From: Utricularia gibba
Taxonomy: Eukaryota > Plantae > Magnoliophyta
Assembly (NCBI GenBank): GCA_002189035.1
Contig: NEEC01000127.1
Location: 29,521 to 93,520, forward strand
Length of the DNA: 64,000 bases
Direction: 5' to 3'
The position numbers were made by a program, and so were the translations under genes. Numbering within the stretch: the stretch's first letter is position 1; the number at the start of each line of letters is the position of its first letter. The notes under the pieces are model-generated. The model was given only the letters and a program-made list of their open reading frames with translations. It made no database searches and was not told the DNA's origin. Below are positions 41,401-55,100 of the stretch, in pieces.

Positions 41401-44400
41401 CTTGCAAAACATCTGCGTTTTTTCGGGTGATGTGAAATATGGGTTTTCGAGGCGATCTTTGCACATGCTTAGGGTGTGTCACTACGTGAAGCCTCATGGT
41501 TTCCTCGCACACCGTTCGGCATCTCGTCGATATCCTGAAGACCGTGATGAGTCACGCTGCGCCCGGAATACCGTTTTGAAGCTCGTTCCGAGCCGGTCAT
41601 CTTCCGTGTTTAAAGCTTCTTCGTCCGAGGATGCATCAGAGCTCGAATTATCGCCTTCTATTAGCCTTCAGATGCGCCACAAAGTGGCCACCACGTTCGC
41701 GACGATGCGACTTGAACACCAGAATCGACGCGATTGATTTTCGGCTTGCAAAACATCTGCGTTTTTTCGGGTGATGTGAAATATGGGTTTTCGAGGCGAT
41801 CTTTGCACATGCTTAGGGTGTGTCACTACGTGAAGCCTCATGGTTTCCTCGCACACCGTTCGGCATCTCGTCGATATCCTGAAGACCGTGATGAGTCACG
41901 CTGCGCCCGGCATACCGTTTCGAAGCTCGTTCCGAGCCGGTCATCTTCCGTGTTTAAAGCTTCTTCGTCCGAGGATGCATCAGAGCTCGAATTATCGCCT
42001 TCTATTAGCCTTCAGATGCGCCACAAAGTGGCCACCACGTTCGCGACGATGCGACTTGTAACACCAGAATCGACGCGATTGTGATTTTCGGCTTGCAAAA
42101 CATCTGCGTTTTTTGGGTGATGTGAAATATGGGTTTTCGAGGCGATCTTTGCACATGCTTAGGGTGTGTTTCTACCCGAAGCCTCATGGTTTCCTCGCAC
42201 ACCGTTCGGCATCTCGTCGATATCCTAAGACCGTGATGAGTCACGCTGCGCCCGGAATACCGTTTCGAAGCTCGTTCCGAGCCGGTCATCTTCCGTGTTG
42301 AAAGCTTCTTCGTCCAAGGATGCATCAGAGCTCGAATTATCGCCTTCTATTAGCCTTCAGATGCGCCACAAAGTGGCCACCACGTTCGCAACGATGCGAC
42401 TTGTAACACAGAATCGACGCGATTGTGATTTTCGGCTTGCAAAACATCTGCGTTTTTTCGGGTGATGTGAAATATGGGTTTTCGAGGCGATCTTTGCACA
42501 TGCTTAGGGTGTGTCACTACGTGAAGCCTCATGGTTTCCTCGCACACCGTTCGGCATCTCGTCGATATCCTGAAGACCGTGATGAGTCACGCTGCGCCCG
42601 GCATACCGTTTCGAAGCTCGTTCCGAGCCGGTCATCTTCCGTGTTGAAAGCTTCTTCGTCCGAGGATGCATCAGAGCTCGAATTATCGCCTTATTAGCCT
42701 TCAGATGCGCCACAAAGTGGCCACCACGTTCGCGACGATGCGACTTGTAAACACCAGAATCGACGATTGTGATTTTCGGCTTGCAAAACATCTGCGTTTT
42801 TTCGGGTGATGTGAAATATGGGTTTTCGAGGCGATCTTTGCACATGCTTAGGGTGTGTCACTACGTGAAGCCTCATGGTTTCCTCGCACACCGTTCGGCA
42901 TCTCGTCGATATCCTGAAGACCGTGATGAGTCACGCTGCGCCCGGAATACCGTTTCGAAGCTCGTTCCGAGCCGGTCATCTTCCGTGTTTAAAGCTTCTT
43001 CGTCCGAGGATGCATCAGAGCTCGAATTATCGCCTTCTATTAGCCTTCAGATGCGCCACAAAGTGGCCACCACGTTCGCGACGATGCGACTTGTAACACC
43101 AAATCGACGCGATTGTGATTTTCGGCTTGCAAAACATCTGCGTTTTTTCGGGTGATGTGAAATATGGGTTTTCGAGGCGATCTTTGCACATGCTTAGGGT
43201 GTGTCTACCCGAAGCCTCATGGTTTCCTCGCACACCGTTCGGCATCTCGTCGATATCCTGAAGACCGTGATGAGTCACGCTGCGCCCAATACCGTTTCGA
43301 AGCTCGTTCCGAGCCGGTCATCTTCCGTGTTGAAAGCTTCTTCGTCCAAGGATGCATCAGAGCTCGAATTATCGCCTTCTATTAGCCTTCAGATGCGCCA
43401 CAAAGTGGCCACCACGTTCGCGACGATGCGACTTGTAACACCAGAATCGACGCGATTGTGATTTTCGGCTTGCAAAACATCTGCGTTTTTTCGGGTGATG
43501 TGAAATATGGGTTTTCGAGGCGATCTTTGCACATGCTTAGGGTGTCACTACGTGAAGCCTCATGGTTTCCTCGCACACCGTTCGGCATCTCGTCGATATC
43601 CTGAAGACCGTGATGAGTCACGCTGCGCCCGGCATACCGTTTCGAAGCTCGTTCCGAGCCGGTCATCTTCCGTGTTTAAAGCTTCTTCGTCCAGGATGCA
43701 TCAGAGCTCGAATTATCGCCTTCTATTAGCCTTCAGATGCGCCACAAAGTGGCCACCACGTTCGCACGATGCGACTTGCAACACCAGAATCGACGCGATT
43801 GTGATTTTCGGCTTGCAAAACATCTGCGTTTTTTTCGGGTGATGTGAAATATGGGTTTTCGAGGCGATCTTTGCACATGCTTAGGGTGTGTCACTACGAA
43901 AGCCTCATGGTTTCCTCGCACACCGTTCGGCATCTCGTCGATATCCTGAAGACCGTGATGAGTCACGCTGCGCCCGGCATACCGTTTCGAAGCTCGTTCC
44001 GAGCCGGTCATCTTCCGTGTTTAAAGCTTCTTCGTCCGAGGATGCATCAGAGCTCGAATTATCGCCTTCTATTAGCCTTCAGATGCGCCACAAAGTGGCC
44101 ACCACGTTCGCGACGATGCGACTTGTAACACCAGAATCGACGCGATTGTGATTTTCGGCTTGCAAAACAGCGTTTTATGTGAAATATGGGTTTTCGAGGC
44201 GATCTTTGCACATGCTTAGGGTGTGTCACTACGTGAAGCCTCATGGTTTCCTCGCACACCGTTCGGCATCTCGTCGATATCCTGAAGACCGTGATGAGTC
44301 ACGCTGCGCCCGGAATACGAAGCTCGTTCCGAGCCGGTCATCTTCCGTGTTTAAAGCTTCTTCGTCCGAGGATGCATCAGAGCTCGAATTATCGCCTTCT

Positions 44401-47400
44401 ATTAGCCTTCAGATGCGCCACAAAGTGGCCACCACGTTCGCACGATGCGACTTGAACACACAAAAATCGACGCGATTGTGATTTTCGCTTGCAAAACATC
44501 TGCGTTTTTTCGGGTGATGTGAAATATGGGTTTTCGAGGCGATCTTTGCACATGCTTAGGGTGTGTCACTACGTGAAGCCTCATGGTTTCCTCGCACACC
44601 GTTCGGCATCTCGTCGATATCCTGAAGACCGTGATGAGTCACGCTGCGCCCGGCATACCGTTTCGAAGCTCGTTCCGAGCCGGTCATCTTCCGTGTTTAA
44701 AGCTTCTTCGTCCGAGGATGCATCAGAGCTCGAATTATCGCCTTCTATTAGCCTTCAGATGCGCCACAAAGTGGCCACCACGTTCGCGACGATGCGACTT
44801 GTAACACCAGAATCGACGCGATTGTGATTTTCGGCTTGCAAAACATCTGCGTTTTGGGTGATGTGAAATATGGGTTTTCGAGGCGATCTTTGCACATGCT
44901 TAGGGTGTGTTTCTACCGAAGCCTCATGGTTTCCTCGCACACCGTTCGGCATCTCGTCGATATCCTAAAGACCGTGATGAGTCACGCTGCGCCCGGAATA
45001 CCGTTTCGAAGCTCGTTCCGAGCCGGTCATCTTCCGTGTTGAAAGCTTCTTCGTCCAAGGATGCATCAGAGCTCGAATTATCGCCTTCTATTAGCCTTCA
45101 GATGCCACAAAGTGGCCACCACGTTCGCAACGATGCGACTTGTAACACCAGAATCGACGCGATTGTGATTTTCGGCTTGCAAAACATCTGCGTTTTTTCG
45201 GGTGATGTGAAATATGGGTTTTCGAGGCGATCTTTGCACATGCTTAGGGTGTGTCACTACGTGAAGCCTCATGGTTTCCTCGCACACCGTTCGGCATCTC
45301 GTCGATATCCTGAAGACCGTGATGAGTCACGCTGCGCCCGGCATACCGTTTCGAAGCTCGTTCCGAGCCGGTCATCTTCCGTGTTTAAAGCTTCTTCGTC
45401 CGAGGATGCATCAGAGCTCGAATTATCGCCTTCTATTAGCCTTCAGATGCGCCACAAAGTGGCCACACGTTCGCGACGATGCGACTTGTAACACCAAAAT
45501 CGACGCGATTGTATTTTCGGCTTGCAAAACATCTGCGTTTTGGTGATGTGAAATATGGGTTTTCGAGGCGATCTGCACATGCTTAGGGTGTGTTTCACCC
45601 GAAGCCTCATGGTTTCCTCGCACACCGTTCGGCATCTCGTCGATATCCTGAAGACCGTGATGAGTCACGCTGCGCCCGGAATACCGTTTCGAAGCTCGTT
45701 CCGAGCCGGTCATCTTCCGTGTTGAAAGCTTCTTCGTCCAAGGATGCATCAGAGCTCGAATTATCGCCTTCTATTAGCCTTCAGATGCGCCACAAAGTGG
45801 CCACCACGTTCGCAACGATGCGACTTGCAACACTAGAATCGACGCGATTGTGATTTTCGGCTTGCAAAACATCTGCGTTTTTTTCGGGTGATGTGAAATA
45901 TGGGTTTCGAGGCGATCTTTGCACATGCTTAGGGTGTCACTACGTGAAGCCTCATGGTTTCCTCGCACACCGTTCGGCATCTCGTCGATATCCTGAAGAC
46001 CGTGATGAGTCACGCTGCGCCCGGCATACCGTTTCGAAGCTCGTTCCGAGCCGGTCATCTTCCGTGTTTAAAGCTTCTTCGTCCGAGGATGCATCAGAGC
46101 TCGAATTATCGCCTTCTATTAGCCTTCAGATGCGCCACAAAGTGGCCACCACGTTCGCGACGATGCGACTTGTAACACCAGAATCGACGCGATTGTGATT
46201 TTCGGCTTGCAAAACATCTGCGTTTTGGGTGATGTGAAATATGGTTTTCGAGGCGATCTTTGCACATGCTTAGGGTGTGTCCTACCCGAAGCCTCATGGT
46301 TTCCTCGCACACCGTTCGGCATCTCGTCGATATCCTGAAGACCGTGATGAGTCACGCTGCGCCCGGAACCGTTTCGAAGCTCGTTCCGAGCCGGTCATCT
46401 TCCGTGTTGAAAAGCTTCTTCGTCCGAGGATGCATCAGAGCTCGAATTATCGCCTTCTATTAGCCTTCAGATGCGCCACAAAGTGGCCACCACGTCGCGA
46501 CGATGCGACTTGTAACACCAGAATCGACGCGATTGTGATTTTCGGCTTGCAAAACATCTGCGTTTTTTCGGGTGATGTGAAATATGGGTTTTCGAGGCGA
46601 TCTTTGCACATGCTTAGGGTGTGTCCTACCCGAAGCCTCATGGTTTCCTCGCACACCGTTCGGCATCTCGTCGATATCCTGAAGACCGTGATGAGTCACG
46701 CTGCGCCCGGATACCGTTTCGAAGCTCGTTCCGAGCCGGTCATCTTCCGTGTTTAAAGCTTCTTCGTCCAGGATGCATCAGAGCTCGAATTATCGCCTTC
46801 TATTAGCCTTCAGATGCCCACAAAGTGGCCACCACGTTCGCGACGATGCGACTTGCAACACCAAAAATCGACGCGATTGTGATTTTCGGCTTGCAAAACA
46901 TCTGCGTTTTTTGGGTGATGTGAAATATGGGTTTTCGAGGCGATCTTTGCACATGCTTAGGGTGTGTTTCTACCCGAAGCCTCATGGTTTCCTCGCACAC
47001 CGTTCGGCATCTCGTCGATATCCTGAAGACCGTGATGAGTCACGCTGCGCCCGGAATACCGTTTCGAAGCTCGTTCCGAGCCGGTCATCTTCCGTGTTGA
47101 AAGCTTCTTCGTCCGAGGATGCATCAGAGCTCGAATTATCGCCTTCTATTAGCCTTCAGATGCGCCACAAAGTGGCCACCACGTTCGCGACGATGCGACT
47201 TGTAACACCAGAATCGACGCGATTGTGATTTCGGCTGCAAAACATCTGCGTTTTTTCGGTGATGTGAAATATGGGTTTTCGAGGCGATCTTTGCACATGC
47301 TTAGGGTGTGTCACTACGTGAAGCCTCATGGTTTCCTCGCACACCGTTCGGCATCTCGTCGATATCCTGAAGACCGTGATGAGTCACGCTGCGCCCGGAT

Positions 47401-49170
47401 ACCGTTTCGAAGCTCGTTCCGAGCCGGTCATCTTCCGTTTAAAGCTTCTTCGTCCGAGGATGCATCAGAGCTCGAATTATCGCCTTCTATTAGCCTTCAG
47501 ATGCGCCACAAAGTGGCCACCACGTTCGCGACGATGCGACTTGTAACACCAGAATCGACGCGATTGTGATTTTCGGCTTGCAAAACATCTGCGTTTTTGG
47601 GTGATGTGAAATATGGGTTTTCGAGGCGATCTTTGCACATGCTTAGGGTGTGTCTACCCGAAGCCTCATGGTTTCCTCGCACACCGTTCGGCATCTCGTC
47701 GATATCCTGAAGACCGTGATGAGTCACGCTGCGCCCGGAATACCGTTTCGAAGCTCGTTCCGAGCCGGTCATCTTCCGTGTTGAAAGCTTCTTCGTCCAA
47801 GGATGCATCAGAGCTCGAATTATCGCCTTCTATTAGCCTTCAGATGCGCCACAAAGTGGCCACCACGTTCGCGACGATGCGACTTGCAACACCAGAATCG
47901 ACGCGATTGTGATTTTCGGCTTGCAAAACATCTGCGTTTTTCGGGTGATGTGAAATATGGGTTTTCGAGGCGATCTTTGCACATGCTTAGGGTGTCACTA
48001 CGTGAAGCCTCATGGTTTCCTCGCACACCGTTCGGCATCTCGTCGATATCCTGAAGACCGTGATGAGTCACGCTGCGCCCGGCATACCGTTTCGAAGCTC
48101 GTTCCGAGCCGGTCATCTTCCGTGTTTAAAGCTTCTTCGTCCGAGGATGCATCAGAGCTCGAATTATCGCCTTATTAGCCTTCAGATGCGCCACAAAGTG
48201 GCCACCACGTTCGCGACGATGCGACTTGTAACACCAAAATCGACGCGATTGCGATTTTCGGCTTGCAAAACATCTGCGTTTTTTCGGGTGATGTGAAATA
48301 TGGGTTTTCGAGGCGATCTTGCACATGCTTAGGGTGTGTCTACCGAAGCCTCATGGTTTCCTCGCACACCGTTCGGCATCTCGTCGATATCCTGAAGACC
48401 GTGATGAGTCACTGCGCCCGGAATACCGTTTCGAAGCTCGTTCCGAGCCGGTCATCTTCCGTGTTGAAAGCCTTCGTCCAAGGATGCATCAGAGCTCGAA
48501 TTATCGCCTTCTATTAGCCTTCAGATGCGCCACAAAGTGGCCACCACGTTCGCGACGATGCGACTTGCAACACTAGAATCGACGCGATTGTGATTTTCGC
48601 TTGCAAAACATCTGCGTTTTTTCGGGTGATGTGAAATATGGGTTTTCGAGGCGATCTTTGCACATGCTTAGGGTGTGTCACTACGTGAAGCCTCATGGTT
48701 TCCTCGCACACCGTTCGGCATCTCGTCGATATCCTGAAGACCGTGATGAGTCACGCTGCGCCCGGCATACCGTTTCGAAGCTCGTTCCGAGCCGGTCATC
48801 TTCCGTTTTAAAGCTTCTTCGTCCGAGGATGCATCAGAGCTCGAATTATCGCCTTCTATTAGCCTTCAGATGCGCCACAAAGTGGCCACCACGTTCGCGA
48901 CGATGCGACTTGTAACACCAGAATCGACGCGATTGTGATTTTCGGCTTGCAAAACATCTGCGTTTTTTCGGGTGATGTGAAATATGGGTTTTCGAGGCGA
49001 TCTTGCACATGCTTAGGGTGTGTCCTACGTGAAGCCTCATGGTTTCCTCGCACACCGTTCGGCATCTCGTCGATATCCTGAAGACCGTGATGAGTCACGC
49101 TGCGCCCAATACCGTTTCGAAGCTCGTTCCGAGCCGGTCATCTTCCGTGTTTAAAGCTTCTTCGTCCGAG
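23487..49170 (+). repeat. Satellite haplotype domain B
   Basis: Near-fixed GATGCGCC, CACCAGAATC and GACGCGATTGTGA. Also CTTG(T/C)AAC, GTCACTACGTG and GTCCAAGG. The A-only alleles GCATAAG, TTATATT, GAATGC and GACGTGATT were not seen in this interval. Confidence 0.85.
44758..46128 (+). repeat. X-Y-X-Y higher-order repeat example (two dimers of ~685 bp)
   Basis: X monomers (44758, 45446): T-tract runs into GGTG without the C, GTGTTTC, GGAATA, GTTGAAAG, GTCCAAGG. Y monomers (45101, 45784): TCGCAACG, TTCGGG, CACTACGTG, GGCATA, GTTTAAAG, GTCCGAGG. Confidence 0.7.
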
Positions 49171-49176
49171 TTCGCG
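49165..49176. other. ~66 bp deletion junction between adjacent monomers
   Basis: Reads GTCCGAG|TTCGCGACG. Monomer positions 306-346 plus 1-25 of the next copy are missing. Confidence 0.85.
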
Positions 49177-52100
49177 ACGATGCGACTTGAACACCAAAAT
49201 CGACGCGATTGATTTTCGGCTTGCAAAACATCTGCGTTTTTTCGGGTGATGTGAAATATGGGTTTTCGAGGCGATCTTTGCACATGCTTAGGGTGTGTCC
49301 CTACCGAAGCCTCATGTTTCCTCGCACACCGTTCGGCATCTCGTCGATATCCTGAAGACCGTGATGAGTCACGCTGCGCCCGGCATACGTTTCGAAGCTC
49401 GTTCCGAGCCGGTCATCTTCCGTGTTTAAAGCTTCTTCGTCCGAGGATGCATCAGAGCTCGAATTATCGCCTTCTATTAGCCTTCAGATGCGCCACAAAG
49501 TGGCCACCACGTTCGCGACGATGCGACTTGGAACACCAAAATCGACGCGATTGTGATTTTCGGCTTGCAAAACATCTGCGTTTTTTCGGGTGATGTGAAA
49601 TATGGGTTTTCGAGGCGATCTTTGCACATGCTTAGGGTGTGTCCCTACCGAAGCCTCATGGTTTCCTCGCACACCGTTCGGCATCTCGTCGATATCCTGA
49701 AGACCGTGATGAGTCACGCTGCGCCCGGAATACCGTTTCGAAGCTCGTTCCGAGCCGGTCATCTTCCGTGTTGAAGCTTCTTCGTCCGAGGATGCATCAG
49801 AGCTCGAATTATCGCCTTCTATTAGCCTTCAGATGTGCCACAAAGTGGCCACCACGTTCGCGACGATGCGACTTGGAACACCAAAATCGACGTGATTGAT
49901 TTTCGGCTTGCAAAACATCTGCGTTTTTTCGGGTGATGTGAAATATGGGTTTTCGAGGCGATCTTTGCACATGCTTAGGGTGTGTCCCTACCGAAGCCTC
50001 ATGGTTTCCTCGCACACCGTTCGGCATCTCGTCGATATCCTGAAGACCGTGATGAGTCACGCTGCGCCCGGAATACCGTTTCGAAGCTCGTTCCGAGCCG
50101 GTCATCTTCCGTGTTGAAGCTTCTTCGTCCGAGGATGCATCAGAGCTCGAATTATCGCCTTCTATTAGCCTTCAGATGTGCCCAAAGTGGCCACCACGTT
50201 CGCGACGACGCGACTTGGAACACCAAAATCGACGCGATTGTAATTTTCGGCTTGCAAAACATCTGCGTTTTTTTCGGGTGATGTGAAATATGGGTTTTCG
50301 AGGCGATCTTTGCACATGCTTAGGGTGTGTCCCTACCCGAAGCCTCATGGTTTCCTCGCACACCGTTCGGCATCTCGTCGATATCCTGAAGACCGTGATG
50401 AGTCACGCTGCGCCCGGAATACCGTTTCGAAGCTCGTTCCGAGCCGGTCATCTTCCGTGTTGAAAGCTTCTTCGTCCGAGGATGCATCAGAGCTCGAATT
50501 ATCGCCTTCTATTAGCCTTCAGATGTGCCACAAAGTGGCCACCACGTTCGCGACGATGCGACTTGGAACACCAAAATCGACGCGATTGTGATTTTCGGCT
50601 TGCAAAACATCTGCGTTTTTTTCGGGTGATGTGAAATATGGGTTTTCGAGGCGATCTTGCACATGCTTAGGGTGTGTCCCTACCCGAAGCCTCATGGTTT
50701 CCTCGCACACCGTTCGGCATCTCGTCGATATCCTGAAGACCGTGATGAGTCACGCTGCGCCCGGAATACCGTTTCGAAGCTCGTTCCGAGCCGGTCATCT
50801 TCCGTGTTGAAAGCTTCTTCGTCCGAGGATGCATCAGAGCTCGAATTATCGCCTTCTATTAGCCTTCAGATGTGCCACAAAGTGGCCACCACGTTCGCGA
50901 CGATGCGACTTGGAATCGACGACGATTTTCGGCTTGCAAAACATCTGCGTTTTTCGGGTGATGTGAAATATGGGTTTTCGAGGCGATCTTTGCACATGCT
51001 TAGGGTGTGTTCCCTACCCGAAGCCTCATGGTTTCCTCGCACACCGTTCGGCATCTCGTCGATATCCTGAAGACCGTGATGAGTCACGCTGCGCCCGGAA
51101 TACCTTTTCGAAGCTCGTTCCGAGCCGGTCATCTTCCGTGTTGAAAGCTTCTTCGTCCGAGATGCATCAGAGCTCGAATTATCGCCTTATATTAGCCTTC
51201 AGATGTGCCACAAAGTGGCCACCACGTTCGCGACGATGCGACTTGGAACACAAATCGACGCGATTGTAATTTTCGGCTTGCAAAACATCTGCGTTTTTTC
51301 GGGTGATGTGAAATATGGGTTTTCGAGGCGATCTTTGCACATGCTTAGGGTGTGTCCCTACCCGAAGCCTCATGGTTTCCTCGCACACCGTTCGGCATCT
51401 CGTCGATATCCTGAAGACCGTGATGAGTCACGCTGCGCCCGGCATACCGTTTCGAAGCTCGTTCCGAGCCGGTCATCTTCCGTGTTGAAGCTTCTTCGTC
51501 CGAGGATGCATCAGAGCTCGAATTATCGCCTTATTAGCCTTCAGATGCCACAAAGTGGCCACCACGTTCGCGACGATGCGACTTGGAACACCAAATCGAC
51601 GCGATTGTAATTTTCGGCTTGCAAAACATCTGCGTTTTTTCGGGTGATGTGAAATATGGGTTTTCGAGGCGATCTTTGCACATGCTTAGGGTGTGTCCCT
51701 ACCGAAGCCTCATGGTTTCCTCGCACACCGTTCGGCATCTCGTCGATATCCTGAAGACCGTGATGAGTCACGCTGCGCCCGGCATACCGTTTCGAAGCTC
51801 GTTCCGAGCCGGTCATCTTCCGTGTTTAAAGCTTCTTCGTCCGAGGATGCATCAGAGCTCGAATTATCGCCTTCTATTAGCCTTCAGATGTGCCACAAAG
51901 TGGCCACCACGTTCGCGACGATGCGACTTGGAACACCAAAATCGACGCGATTGTGATTTTCGGCTTGCAAAACATCTGCGTTTTTTCGGTGATGTGAAAT
52001 ATGGGTTTTCGAGGCGATCTTTGCACATGCTTAGGGTGTGTCCCTACCGAAGCCTCATGGTTTCCTCGCACACCGTTCGGCATCTCGTCGATATCCTGAA

Positions 52101-55100
52101 GACCGTGATGAGTCACGCTGCGCCCGGAATACCGTTTCGAAGCTCGTTCCGAGCCGGTCATCTTCCGTGTTGAAGCTTCTTCGTCCGAGGATGCATCAGA
52201 GCTCGAATTATCGCCTTATATTAGCCTTCAGATGTGCCACAAAGTGGCCACCACGTTCGCGACGACGCGACTTGGAACACCAAAATCGACGCGATTGTAA
52301 TTTTCGGCTTGCAAAACATCTGCGTTTTTCGGGTGATGTGAAATATGGGTTTTCGAGGCGATCTTTGCACATGCTTAGGTGTGTCCCTACCGAAGCCTCA
52401 TGGTTTCCTCGCACACCGTTCGGCATCTCGTCGATATCCTGAAGACCGTGATGAGTCACGCTGCGCCCGGAATACCGTTTCGAAGCTCGTTCCGAGGTCA
52501 TCTTCCGTGTTGAAGCTTCTTCGTCCGAGGATGCATCAGAGCTCGAATTATCGCCTTCTATTAGCCTTCAGATGTGCCACAAAGTGGCCACCACGTTCGC
52601 GACGATGCGACTTGGAACACCAAAATCGACGTGATTGTAATTTTCGGCTTGCAAAACATCTGCGTTTTTTCGGGTGATGTGAAATATGGGTTTTCGAGGG
52701 ATTTGCACATGCTTAGGGTGTGTCCCTACCCGAAGCCTCATGGTTTCCTCGCACACCGTTCGGCATCTCGTCGATATCCTGAAGACCGTGATGAGTCACG
52801 CTGCGCCCGGCATACCGTTTCGAAGCTCGTTCCGAGCCGGTCATCTTCCGTGTTGAAAGCTTCTTCGTCCGAGATGCATCAGAGCTCGAATTATCGCCTT
52901 CTATTAGCCTTCAGATGCGCCAAAAGTGGCCACCACGTTCGCGACGATGCGACTTGAACACCAAATCGACGCGATTGTGATTTTCGGCTTGCAAAACATC
53001 TGCGTTTTTTCGGGTGATGTGAAATATGGGTTTTCGAGGCGATCTTTGCACATGCTTAGGGTGTGTCCCTACCGAAGCCTCATGGTTTCCTCGCACACCG
53101 TTCGGCATCTCGTCGATATCCTGAAGACCGTGATGAGTCACGCTGCGCCCGGAATACCGTTTCGAAGCTCGTTCCGAGCCGGTCATCTTCCGTGTTGAAG
53201 CTTCTTCGTCCGAGGATGCATCAGAGCTCGAATTATCGCCTTCTATTAGCCTTCAGATGTGCCACAAAGTGGCCACCACGTTCGCGACGATGCGACTTGG
53301 AACACCAAAATCGACGTGATTGTAATTTTCGGCTTGCAAAACATCTGCGTTTTTTCGGGTGATGTGAAATATGGGTTTTCGAGGCGATCTTTGCACATGC
53401 TTAGGGTGTGTCCCTACCGAAGCCTCATGGTTTCCTCGCACACCGTTCGCATCTCGTCGATATCCTGAAGACCGTGATGAGTCACGCTGCGCCCGGAATA
53501 CCGTTTCGAAGCTCGTTCCGAGCCGGTCATCTTCCGTGTTGAAGCTTCTTCGTCCGAGGATGCATCAGAGCTCGAATTATCGCCTATTAGCCTTCAGATG
53601 CGCCACAAAGTGGCCACCACGTTCGCGACGATGCGACTTGGAACACCAAAATCGACGCGATTGTGATTTTCGGCTTGCAAAACATCTGCGTTTTTTCGGG
53701 TGATGTGAAATATGGGTTTTCGAGGCGATCTTTGCACATGCTTAGGTGTGTCCCTACCGAAGCCTCATGGTTTCCTCGCACACCGTTCGGCATCTCGTCG
53801 ATATCCTGAAGACCGTGATGAGTCACGCTGCGCCCGGAATACCGTTTCGAAGCTCGTTCCGAGCCGGTCATCTTCCGTGTTGAAAGCTTCTTCGTCCGAG
53901 GATGCATCAGAGCTCGAATTATCGCCTTCTATTAGCCTTCAGATGCGCCACAAAGTGGCCACCACGTTCGCGACGATGCGACTTGAACACCAAAATCGAC
54001 GCGATTGTGATTTCGGCTTGCAAAACATCTGCGTTTTTTCGGGTGATGTGAAATATGGGTTTTCGAGGCGATCTTTGCACATGCTTAGGGTGTGTCCCTA
54101 CCGAAGCCTCATGGTTTCCTCGCACACCGTTCGGCATCTCGTCGATATCCTGAAGACCGTGATGAGTCACGCTGCGCCCGGAATACCGTTTCGAAGCTCG
54201 TTCCGAGCCGGTCATCTTCCGTGTTTAAAGCTTCTTCGTCCGAGGATGCATCAGAGCTCGAATTATCGCCTTATATTAGCCTTCAGATGTGCCACAAAGT
54301 GGCCACCACGTTCGCGACGATGCGACTTGGAACACAAATCGACGCGATTGTAATTTTCGGCTTGCAAAACATCTGCGTTTTTTCGGGTGATGTGAAATAT
54401 GGGTTTTCGAGGCGATCTTTGCACATGCTTAGGGTGTGTCCCTACCCGAAGCCTCATGGTTTCCTCGCACACCGTTCGGCATCTCGTCGATATCCTGAAG
54501 ACCGTGATGAGTCACGCTGCGCCCGGAATACCGTTTCGAAGCTCGTTCCGAGCCGGTCATCTTCCGTGTTAAAGCTTCTTCGTCCGAGGATGCATCAGAG
54601 CTCGAATTATCGCCTTCTATTAGCCTTCAGATGCGCCACAAAGTGGCCACCACGTTCGCGACGATGCGACTTGGAACACCAAAATCGACGTGATTGTAAT
54701 TTTCGGCTTGCAAAACATCTGCGTTTTTTCGGGTGATGTGAAATATGGGTTTTCGAGGCGATCTTTGCACATGCTTAGGGTGTGTCCCTACCGAAGCCTC
54801 ATGGTTTCCTCGCACACCGTTCGGCATCTCGTCGATATCCTGAAGACCGTGATGAGTCACGCTGCGCCCGGAATACCGTTTCGAAGCTCGTTCCGAGCCG
54901 GTCATCTTCCGTGTTGAAAGCTTCTTCGTCCGAGGATGCATCAGAGCTCGAATTATCGCCTTCTATTAGCCTTCAGATGCGCCACAAAGTGGCCACCACG
55001 TTCGCGACGATGCGACTTGAACACCAAAATCGACGCGATTGTGATTTTCGGCTTGCAAAACATCTGCGTTTTTTCGGGTGTGATGTGAAATATGGGTTTT

